DNA of 64,000 nt from Candidatus Saccharimonadia bacterium (GTDB lineage: Bacteria > Patescibacteriota > Saccharimonadia > UBA4664): assembly GCA_035479295.1 (NCBI GenBank), contig DATIIV010000012.1:65010-129009 (forward strand), in the 5' to 3' direction. Below are positions 27,260-34,758 of the stretch, one piece after another. Within the stretch, counting starts at the first letter, position 1. Each line of letters opens with the position of its first letter. The notes beneath the pieces were generated by a model, which was not told where the DNA came from, ran no database searches, and saw nothing but the letters and a program-made list of their open reading frames with translations. Made by a program: the position numbers and the translations under genes.

Positions 27260-29263
27260 TTATCGGAGTGAGGTTGGCGGTTTGGGTCGGCGCCATAGCC
27301 AGTGGTGCAGGGTTAGGCTGATGCCGCCGAGCAGGCCCAGGCTGAGGCCAATCAGCGAGGCGTTGACGGCCGTCTTGTTGCCCTTAAGCGGCGCAAAGAG
27401 TAGGTTGCGAATGGTCTGGAGGGGCGACAGGTTGTTCTGTACGTCGACGCGCCGGCTGGCTATTTGGGTCTGGCCGCTGGGCGTGGTGGTGACGGCCGTG
27501 ACGGTGTGCTGGCCGTTGGTGAGGTAGGTAGTGTCGAGCTGATTGCCAGTGGTAACGGGCGTGCCGTCGACTTTAATGATGGTGTGGCCGCGGCTGCCCG
27601 GCGTGCCCAGGCTGATGGTGCCGCCCACCACGGGCTGGGCACCGGCCGGAATGGGTACCGGCGTGCTGGTGCCGGGCGGCGTAATGGTAATGGGGTTGCC
27701 GCTGCCCGGCGCCGGGCTGGGCGAGGGGCTGGGGTTGGGCGGTGCCTGGGTCTGTACGGTGAGGTTGGCCCGGGCCGAGGCGTTGCCGGCGGCGTCGTAG
27801 GCCTCCACCTGAAAGGTGTAGTTGGTGGAGGCCGCCAGATTCTGGGCGAGGTAGCTGGTGCCGGCCTGGTCGGCCACGCGGCTGCCGCCCTGGTACACGC
27901 GGTAGCCGCGCACACCCACATTGTCGCTGGCGGCGTTCCAGGCCAGGCTAATCTGGGCGTTGGTAATGAGCGTGGCGCGCAGGCTGCCCGGCACCGACGG
28001 CGCCTGGGTGTCGCCGGGATTGGGCGTCGCGGTGGGCGGAGTCGTGGGCGTGGGAGTGTGGGTGGGCACCGGAGTTGGCGTGGGGGTATGAGTGGGGACG
28101 GGCGTGGGCGCTGTGGTTGGGGGAGGCGTTGGTGCGGGAGTGGTCGCGGCCAGGCTGTGGGCATAGTTCCAAATCAGCTGCCCCAGCGCATCGATGTTCG
28201 TGGGGTTGCCCGAGCTATTAACGGCCACATTGTAGAATGGCCCGCCGCCGTTCACAAACTCAAATCCGCTCAGGCCGTTGCCGTGCCAGGGCAGAATGCC
28301 CACGCCCAACCCCGGTGCCACGCTAAAGGCCGCCTGGGTGCCGGCCTGCAGCAGCGGGTTGTCGCCGGAGCTATCGCCATCGATCCAGCCGGTCTCGCCA
28401 ATCATCAGCGGCAGGTTTTGGCCGTGCATGGCCTGAATAAAGCTGCTTAGCTGGCTGCTCTTATTGGCCCAATTGCCATACACATGCACCGAGAACGCTA
28501 CATTACCGTAACTATTTTTTAACCCCGGTCCATACTGCAAAAAGGCGCTCTGACTATGCCAATCGCCGCCGTAACTCTGCTCCTGGCCGCAGTTTGAGCC
28601 ATCGTACACAATCATATTTTGGGCGCCGGTGGCTCGAATAGCACTCGAGTAATCGTTCATCATGTTGGTCCAGGTGCTGTCGGCATTGCCACTGCCAGGC
28701 TCATTATATAAGTTGAACCAGACGTAAGGATTCGTCTTGTAACGATTAGCTTTGTCGATCCACCAGGTCTTAATGGCGGCGTAGTCGGTGCCATTAACGT
28801 AACCGCAATCGGCACGGGGGTGCATGTCTATCATCACCACCATATGGCGGTTGGTGTACTCGGTGACGATGCCGTCCAGGTCGTTATTAACGCCCGAGAT
28901 GCCGGGGGTGACGCCGGCGTTGTACTGCGACGGATTCTCGGGGCCGCTGTCGAGCTCGCTGTTGAGGCGGATGATGTTCCACTTCCAGGCGGCCTGGGCC
29001 GGCCCGCTCTCGCCCAGGGTGGGGTTACCCCACACAAAGTGCGGCCCGTCCAAGTTGGTCCCCACCGGCGTAAAGACGGCGCCATTGGGGTCGATAATTT
29101 GCCAGCCGCTGAGGTGAAAAGTGCCGGCCGCGAGGCTGTGGCGCACCACGTACAGGCCCGCGACGACGGTGAGCGCCACCACCGCCGCCATGGCCACTAA
29201 GCTCCAGCGGCTGGTTAGTCGAAGACGCCCGAGAGCGATTTTGGAGCGGCGCTTACGCCTCAT
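27260..29263 (-). CDS. glycoside hydrolase family 5 enzyme with PT-linker, FN3 domain, second beta domain and C-terminal TM anchor
   Basis: Start is ATG 29263 (MRRKRRSKIALG...) with an N-terminal signal anchor. GH5 motifs are FNLYNEPG (acid/base), SVHVYG and MIGETGW (nucleophile). FN3 is PSVPGSLRATLITNAQISLAWNAASDNVGVRGYRVY...YTFQVEAYDAAGN. The C-terminal segment is LIGLSLGLLGGISLTLHHWLWRRPK. Confidence 0.85.
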   Translation of the reverse strand: MRRKRRSKIALGRLRLTSRWSLVAMAAVVALTVVAGLYVVRHSLAAGTFHLSGWQIIDPNGAVFTPVGTNLDGPHFVWGNPTLGESGPAQAAWKWNIIRLNSELDSGPENPSQYNAGVTPGISGVNNDLDGIVTEYTNRHMVVMIDMHPRADCGYVNGTDYAAIKTWWIDKANRYKTNPYVWFNLYNEPGSGNADSTWTNMMNDYSSAIRATGAQNMIVYDGSNCGQEQSYGGDWHSQSAFLQYGPGLKNSYGNVAFSVHVYGNWANKSSQLSSFIQAMHGQNLPLMIGETGWIDGDSSGDNPLLQAGTQAAFSVAPGLGVGILPWHGNGLSGFEFVNGGGPFYNVAVNSSGNPTNIDALGQLIWNYAHSLAATTPAPTPPPTTAPTPVPTHTPTPTPVPTHTPTPTTPPTATPNPGDTQAPSVPGSLRATLITNAQISLAWNAASDNVGVRGYRVYQGGSRVADQAGTSYLAQNLAASTNYTFQVEAYDAAGNASARANLTVQTQAPPNPSPSPSPAPGSGNPITITPPGTSTPVPIPAGAQPVVGGTISLGTPGSRGHTIIKVDGTPVTTGNQLDTTYLTNGQHTVTAVTTTPSGQTQIASRRVDVQNNLSPLQTIRNLLFAPLKGNKTAVNASLIGLSLGLLGGISLTLHHWLWRRPKPPTSLR
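28017..28150 (-). repeat. Pro/Thr-rich linker-coding low-complexity repeat
   Basis: Encodes TPAPTPPPTTAPTPVPTHTPTPTPVPTHTPTPTTPPTATP, with the unit TPTPVPTHTP duplicated. Confidence 0.7.
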
Positions 29264-29379
29264 TGTGGTCCCTATTAATGTGCTTATGATTATATACTGC
29301 CTGCCCAGCAGTTGACGAATGCGGTTAAATGGGGGATTATGGGCGGTGCCTTGTACCGAATGTACGGGAGTAATTAGAC

Positions 29380-30366
29380 GTGACAGCTTACGCAGAAGTG
29401 GCCGATGGCCACTGGGTCCGTCCCTCATTTAGCGCCTATGAACTTGAGGTGGCGGAGCGAATTCTAGCCGGCTATTCTCACAAGGTGTTGGCGCAGTGGC
29501 GTGCCCAATGCGTGGGCGCGGAACGAACGGATACGTCGATCACTTCGGTGCTGACTCGCTTGGGCCGGTTGGTTGCACGAGGCGATTCGATTCGCCTGAC
29601 GGTCATCATGGCGGAGCTGAGCTTAATTAAGCTGCCGAATGTGCAGCCCTGGGAAACTGATGCCTTGATGGAATCGGGCCTCAGTTTTGCCTGGGAACAG
29701 ATCCTGGAGCTGGCCATGAATGGCTGCAGCGCTCAACAGATCGCGACGAGGCTAAACCTCAGCTTCTCGCAGGTTCGAGGGCGGATCAGAATGTTACGCT
29801 ACTCCGGCGCGTTTAGGCAGTCTAGACTAATCCGACAGGTGGCAGTTTGGCTGACAACGAGATCTTTCATTCCGGACCGGCTTTCGAAGCGGCCGGTGGT
29901 TCAGGGGCCTCTGCTCTGGCATTACCTGATGGGCTACGATGAAGTGGAGACTCAGAGGCGACTTAACTGCGTCCCGTGGGTGGTGCCAACTTGGACAGCT
30001 CAAATGTTGACGCGCCTGAGAGAGACCTCGCTACTCAGAAGTTGTTTGGACGGCGTGAATAGCGGTAGGCTGCGGCTACCCTATCCACTGCGAGGATCCG
30101 TGGAGGCGCTGACTAAGCAGCCGCTTAGCTCTCGGTGCGTGGAGGAGCTGCGCGATCACGTGATGCGCGCTCGGAATATGACCCTTCAGCAGCAGGCTGC
30201 ACTACGTCAGCCTCAGCCTGATTGGCACGACATCTGTCGTGAGGTGCGCGTCGATACGCCCTGGCAGGCCCTGATGGTTGGGGCGGGTTATGTGTCTAGG
30301 CTAGATCAGTGTGGTGCTTTGGCGCCTCCGAACGCCTACAAGGGAGACGCACAGAATGGCAGCTAG
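29380..30366 (+). CDS. protein of about four tandem LuxR/GerE-type HTH-like modules (paralog 1)
   Basis: GTG start after GGGAG. The best module is LSFAWEQILELAMNGCSAQQIATRLNLSFSQVRGRIRMLR. Three more degenerate modules are colinear with the next gene, for example GPLLWHYLMGYDEVETQRRL and TPWQALMVGAGYVSRL. Confidence 0.6.
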   Translation: MTAYAEVADGHWVRPSFSAYELEVAERILAGYSHKVLAQWRAQCVGAERTDTSITSVLTRLGRLVARGDSIRLTVIMAELSLIKLPNVQPWETDALMESGLSFAWEQILELAMNGCSAQQIATRLNLSFSQVRGRIRMLRYSGAFRQSRLIRQVAVWLTTRSFIPDRLSKRPVVQGPLLWHYLMGYDEVETQRRLNCVPWVVPTWTAQMLTRLRETSLLRSCLDGVNSGRLRLPYPLRGSVEALTKQPLSSRCVEELRDHVMRARNMTLQQQAALRQPQPDWHDICREVRVDTPWQALMVGAGYVSRLDQCGALAPPNAYKGDAQNGS

Positions 30367-31258
30367 CGATCTCGCTTGGGAGAATCCCTCGGAGCGACAG
30401 ATCTGCCAGCTTGTACTGGAGGGGAACAGCATACTTGGCATTGCCGAGCAGCTGGGACTGAGCCCCGGTGGCGTCAGAAGCAAGCTCAACCGAGTTCATA
30501 CCAGAACTGGCATTCACGGCCGGTCAGCGATGATCTTAGCGCTGACCGAAGCGGGCGTTCTAACCGTGCCGATCAGCCGAGCCCAGCAGCTAAAGACCTC
30601 TCCGGCGGTAATTCAATCTGACCCTTTCTGGTTGTTGCTAGCGGAGATATCGATGCTGGACGTCAGTCTCGGCTGGCTCAACAGTGCCTCTGGTCGCTCG
30701 GTTAAGCAGATTGACAAGCTGTGTGGCCGAGTTACTCGATTAATGCATAAGGCACACCCGGGTAGGTCCGTGCTTAACCAGATGGCAATCGATCGTGCTA
30801 TCCTGGGATCGATCCAACTGCCGCAGGCATCTCAACTGCAGCTGGTTTGGGGGCCGCTGCTATGGTACCTGCTGATGGGCTATGCGCCGCAGGAAATAGC
30901 CCTTGCTCTTTGCAAGAAAGGTTGGGTGATACCGGCGAAGAGATTAGTGGATCAATGGCTGGTGCGTTTGTGGAAGCAATGCGGCAGCGCTGGTGTGGCC
31001 CCGACACTCGTGCGGCTCGTGCGGCAGCGTCAGGTGCAGCTGCCCTATGTGCTGCAGCGGGCCACTGATCGGCTGAAGTTCATGGTGCCGGATGCTGCGC
31101 TGAGCGAGCAGTTAGATCAATGTTACGATACACTGGTGCGGCGGAGTCTGCCGCTGGGCGTTAACCTTAAAGACCAGTTTGGGCTCTGCGACCGCCTGGG
31201 AGTGGCCAATCCCTGGCAGGCTATGTTGGTGGCCGCCTATTTGGGGCGGCTGCGGTAA
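30356..31258 (+). CDS. protein of about four tandem LuxR/GerE-type HTH-like modules (paralog 2)
   Basis: ATG at 30356 follows AGGGAG and overlaps the upstream stop by 11 nt. The canonical module is PSERQICQLVLEGNSILGIAEQLGLSPGGVRSKLNRVHTRTGIHGRSAMILALTEAGVL. Further modules are GPLLWYLLMGYAPQEIALAL... and ...LCDRLGVANPWQAMLVAAYLGRL. Confidence 0.7.
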   Translation: MAASDLAWENPSERQICQLVLEGNSILGIAEQLGLSPGGVRSKLNRVHTRTGIHGRSAMILALTEAGVLTVPISRAQQLKTSPAVIQSDPFWLLLAEISMLDVSLGWLNSASGRSVKQIDKLCGRVTRLMHKAHPGRSVLNQMAIDRAILGSIQLPQASQLQLVWGPLLWYLLMGYAPQEIALALCKKGWVIPAKRLVDQWLVRLWKQCGSAGVAPTLVRLVRQRQVQLPYVLQRATDRLKFMVPDAALSEQLDQCYDTLVRRSLPLGVNLKDQFGLCDRLGVANPWQAMLVAAYLGRLR

Positions 31259-31260
31259 CT

Positions 31261-31292
31261 AGGGCGGGGAGGCATTCGTGCCTCCCCGCCCT
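31261..31292. terminator. bidirectional hairpin terminator between convergent genes
   Basis: AGGGCGGGGAGGCA-TTCG-TGCCTCCCCGCCCT: a 14-bp perfect stem with a TTCG tetraloop, followed by TAACCATTTTT. Confidence 0.75.
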
Positions 31293-31315
31293 TAACCATT
31301 TTTAGGCGTCGCTTG

Positions 31316-32113
31316 CTACACCTCCACCGTCTTTATCGTCCACATATCCCAGGCCAGGCCGCGATTGCCCAGGTAGGCGAACGGCAGGTAAAAATACCCC
31401 TTATCGCCCCAACCGGTGCCCCAAGAGTTGCGGCCAATGAACTGCTGCTTGGTCTGGTCGTAGCCCACAATCAGTACGGCGTGGCCGCCCAGCAGTTTCT
31501 CGCTCTTGTGGGGCAGAGGAATGACGCCGGTCGTATTAGCGGCTGGGCTCTCAAAGCTCTCATACACTGAGATACCGGTAATGAACGGGTAGCCGCTAGC
31601 TAGGCAGGCCAGCATATCGCCGAAGGGATTGAGGTGATGGGTGACGATGCGCTGATAGGTAAGGGCTTGATTTTTTTCGGCTTCATCAAAGCACTTTTTG
31701 GTAGGCTTAACGGTAAACTTGGTAATGTCGTAAGGCCAATCCGTCTCGGGTGCGCTCCCAATCTTAACGAGAACTTTAACACCATCGCGCAGCCGGGCGC
31801 CGGCATCGCTGTTAACCGTGCCTTCCACATCGCGCTCGTTCCAGTAAATAAAAAGACGGCTCGGTGTCATAAAGGCCTTGCCCTCTTGGTGGCGGTCAAA
31901 GTCGAAAGCGGCGGCCAGCGCGTTAGCGGTGCAGCTGCCCAAGTGGCCTTGGTTGTAAATGGGCGGACATTTGTGGCGCAGATCGGCCTGGGGCGGCAGG
32001 GGAGCGGCTACTTGGGCTAGGGCGGCCGTGCCGTCAAAGATGTGGTCCCGTTGGTCGGGTAGGTCGGGTAGCCAGCCGAGGCCGTGGTTTTGAGGAGTAA
32101 CGTTGTGTGCCAT
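31316..32113 (-). CDS. papain-like (C1 family) cysteine peptidase, no signal peptide (paralog 1)
   Basis: Catalytic context NQGHLGSCTANAL (Gln/Cys), GGHAVLIVGYD (His) and GRNSWGTGWGDKGYFYLP (Asn-Ser-Trp). The N-terminus has no hydrophobic signal. Confidence 0.9.
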   Translation of the reverse strand: MAHNVTPQNHGLGWLPDLPDQRDHIFDGTAALAQVAAPLPPQADLRHKCPPIYNQGHLGSCTANALAAAFDFDRHQEGKAFMTPSRLFIYWNERDVEGTVNSDAGARLRDGVKVLVKIGSAPETDWPYDITKFTVKPTKKCFDEAEKNQALTYQRIVTHHLNPFGDMLACLASGYPFITGISVYESFESPAANTTGVIPLPHKSEKLLGGHAVLIVGYDQTKQQFIGRNSWGTGWGDKGYFYLPFAYLGNRGLAWDMWTIKTVEV

Positions 32114-32283
32114 AATGAGCCCTCATTTACGATGCTTGAATTATTTATTCTAGGCCTCAGCAGCGGTGGCGGGATTGGGCACATTGGCGATTAAATAGGC
32201 TTAAGCCGCCGAACAATTGGGCAAACCGGCTCTGGCGCGAGGGCGGGGTTAGGTCTAGGCTAAGGCCTAATCAAGCGACGTTT

Positions 32284-32679
32284 ATGGCATTGCGAATTCT
32301 GATTGTCGAAGATTCGGTTAGCATTCGTATGTTGTACCAGGAGGTGCTACACAAGGCGGGCTATGAGGTCGAGGTGGCGACGGACGGCCAGGTAGCCTTG
32401 AGGCTGGCTCAGGCGCAGCCGTTCGACTGTATTGTGGTTGACATGTTGATGCCAAACCTTGATGGGCTGGCCTTTCTTAAGGCCTTTGATTGTCGACGTC
32501 ATCCCAAGACGCGCGTGATCATGGCCAGCAACTTGGACGATCCGCAGAAACGCGAGCAGGCGCTGGCGCTGGGTGCGGCCGCCTACATCATCAAGGCCGA
32601 GGTGTCGTTGCCGGAGTTATTGCGCAAGATTGATCCGACGCGGCCTGCTCCCGGAGCTTCGGCCGAGGGCGTGCATTAA
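32284..32679 (+). CDS. receiver-only response regulator
   Basis: ILIVEDS, CIVVDMLMPNLDGLAFL, VIMASNL, AAYIIKAE. 131 aa, ending 30 nt before zwf. Confidence 0.9.
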   Translation: MALRILIVEDSVSIRMLYQEVLHKAGYEVEVATDGQVALRLAQAQPFDCIVVDMLMPNLDGLAFLKAFDCRRHPKTRVIMASNLDDPQKREQALALGAAAYIIKAEVSLPELLRKIDPTRPAPGASAEGVH

Positions 32680-32709
32680 CCTCGTCCGCATGGTAATCTG
32701 GGCGATAGA

Positions 32710-34035
32710 ATGGATGATATTCAGTCTCAGCCTATCTTTTTGATTATTGTTGGCATCTCGGGCGATTTGGCGCGTCGCAAGCTCTTGCCGGCTCTGCGCC
32801 AGATTGCGGCGGCGGGTGAGTTGCCACGCGAGTTTCGGGTTATCGGCATCACCCGCCGGCAGCTCAATGTGGCCAGCCTAACGGCCGGCGATGCCTTTTT
32901 GGCCGCGCACCTGGAGCTCTACCAAATGGATCTGGCCGAAGTCGCGGCCTACGACGGCCTTAAGCGACATCTGGCACAGCTCGAGCAGCAGTTGGGCGGC
33001 GCGGCTCAGCGGCTGTATTATCTCTCGGTGCCGCCGCAGGTGTCTGGGCCAATCGTGCAATTATTGGGCGAGTCTGGCTTAGCGGCTATGCCAGACAGTA
33101 AGTTGCTGCTCGAGAAGCCGTTTGGCACCGATCTCGCTTCGGCTGAGGACTTTATTGCCCACACCCAGCGCCACTTTACCGAGGACCAAATCTACCGCAT
33201 CGACCACTACTTGGCCAAAGAGATGGCTCAGAATCTGCTGGTATTTCGGGGCGGCAATGCGCTGTTTCGGCGCACCTGGAACCATGAGTTTATCGAGCGC
33301 ATCGAGCTGCTGGCCAGCGAAGAGATCGGCATTGAGGGTCGCTCGGCCTTTTACGAGCAGACCGGCGCGCTGCGCGATTTGGTGCAGAGCCACCTGCTGC
33401 AGCTGGCGGCTCTCACGCTCATGGAGGTCCCGCCGGCCGGCGACGAGACCCAGCTGCGGGCGGCCCGGCTCGCCGCCTTGCAGGCGCTGCAGCCGCCGGT
33501 CGATAGTACGCGGGATGTGCGCCGCGGCCAGTATATTGGCTACCGGGCCGAGGTGGCCAACCCCGCTAGTGCCACCGAGACGTTTGTATCGCTGACGCTC
33601 CGATCGCACGATCCGCGCTGGCAGGGTGTGCCCATTACGCTCACAACCGGCAAAGGCCTGGCGCGCAAAACCACCGAAATTCGAATTCATTATCGTCAGA
33701 GCGAGGCCGACGAAGCCAATGAGCTGGTGCTGCGCGTGCAGCCGCGCGAGGGCATCGAGCTTGATCTGTGGGCCAAGCGACCCGGCTACGACCATCGGCT
33801 CGAACGCGTGCCGCTCGAGTTTGCCTACAGCCGTCACTTCGACTCGCTGCCGGAGGCCTACGAGCGCGTGCTGGTCGACGCCATGCGGTCGCGCCGCAGT
33901 CTGTTTGCTTCGAGCGAGGAGGTACTGGCCTCGTGGCGCATCCTGGCGCCGGTGCAGCGGGCTTGGGGCATGAGCGATAAAGACTTAATCCTCTATCCGC
34001 TTGGCAGTGAGCCGGCCGCCGTCATTGGTCGGTAA
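32710..34035 (+). CDS. zwf: glucose-6-phosphate 1-dehydrogenase
   Basis: Dinucleotide-binding IVGISGDLARRKLLPAL, active-site RIDHYLAKE, and EKPFG. At 441 aa it is shorter than typical Zwf. Confidence 0.9.
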   Translation: MDDIQSQPIFLIIVGISGDLARRKLLPALRQIAAAGELPREFRVIGITRRQLNVASLTAGDAFLAAHLELYQMDLAEVAAYDGLKRHLAQLEQQLGGAAQRLYYLSVPPQVSGPIVQLLGESGLAAMPDSKLLLEKPFGTDLASAEDFIAHTQRHFTEDQIYRIDHYLAKEMAQNLLVFRGGNALFRRTWNHEFIERIELLASEEIGIEGRSAFYEQTGALRDLVQSHLLQLAALTLMEVPPAGDETQLRAARLAALQALQPPVDSTRDVRRGQYIGYRAEVANPASATETFVSLTLRSHDPRWQGVPITLTTGKGLARKTTEIRIHYRQSEADEANELVLRVQPREGIELDLWAKRPGYDHRLERVPLEFAYSRHFDSLPEAYERVLVDAMRSRRSLFASSEEVLASWRILAPVQRAWGMSDKDLILYPLGSEPAAVIGR

Positions 34036-34750
34036 TCGCTGCCATAAAGGCCGCTGCAATCGCTGCATAACCTCGCTCGTTGGGATGGAATCGGTCGGCG
34101 GCTAGCTTGCCCGTCCAGGGCAGGGCAAAGGCCGGCCCCATATCTGCTATTTTGAGTCCACGCTGCTGAGCCTGTCGATGCAGAAGCCGGCTGGCCGCTC
34201 GGTAGCGCAACACCGGTGCTAGCAGCGGCGGAATGTTAGGTCGGGCAAAGATATCGGCTACCACGGCGCCGTGTGGCAGCTGCATGAGCAAATGGTCGAG
34301 CCGCCGGAGCAGATGGCGGCGACCGCCGGGCTGAACCAAATCGTTGGAGCCGATCATAACGGTGATCAGATCGGGCCGGAGGCCCAGCTGATCCAGCACC
34401 GGCAGTTGATGATCGATCACGTCCTGAATTCGCCCACCACTAACCGATAGATTGATGAGTCGGTAGCTCCGACCGACCGCAGCTAGCCGTGCGTGGGCCT
34501 GGCCGACCCAGCCGCGGTCGTAGGCCGGGGCGCCAATGCCCTGCGACATCGAGTCGCCGAGTACCACCCACAGCCGGCCCGACCCACCAAGGGCTTGCTC
34601 ATTGGCTTGGTGCCAGGCCGCCGCATACGGCTCTGCTTGGTCTTGCACGGCTCGAAGCGACGGCCACAACTGCCGCAGTAACCGCCGTCCCAAGGCCAAG
34701 CTTGGGTGTAGGGGAGTGCGCCGCTGATAGGAGTTGGTCGCCAAAGCCAC
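34022..34750 (-). CDS. SGNH/GDSL-family hydrolase (esterase/lipase-like)
   Basis: Block I VVLGDSMSQGIG, block III IGSNDL, block V DRFHPNERGY. The GTG start is 8 nt downstream of the histidine kinase stop, suggesting the same operon. Confidence 0.8.
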   Translation of the reverse strand: MALATNSYQRRTPLHPSLALGRRLLRQLWPSLRAVQDQAEPYAAAWHQANEQALGGSGRLWVVLGDSMSQGIGAPAYDRGWVGQAHARLAAVGRSYRLINLSVSGGRIQDVIDHQLPVLDQLGLRPDLITVMIGSNDLVQPGGRRHLLRRLDHLLMQLPHGAVVADIFARPNIPPLLAPVLRYRAASRLLHRQAQQRGLKIADMGPAFALPWTGKLAADRFHPNERGYAAIAAAFMAAITDQ

Positions 34751-34758
34751 GGGCCGGT

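Noticed and set aside
28017-28150. A short tandem DNA repeat that could be mistaken for a repeat array
   Set aside because: It is in-frame Pro/Thr linker coding sequence (TPTPVPTHTP x2) inside the GH5 gene. It has no spacer/repeat organisation.
27464-28450. 328-aa plus-strand ORF, and several others (27460..28164 -, 27543..27800 +), within the GH5 gene
   Set aside because: The products are Gly/Arg/Ala-rich shadows of the PT-linker/FN3 coding region. The frame encoding NEP, GETGW and FN3 motifs is the real one.
29264-29428. N-terminal 55-aa extension of the GH5 ORF
   Set aside because: It would overlap the divergent gene starting at 29380. The basic-then-hydrophobic signal sequence begins at the internal ATG 29263.
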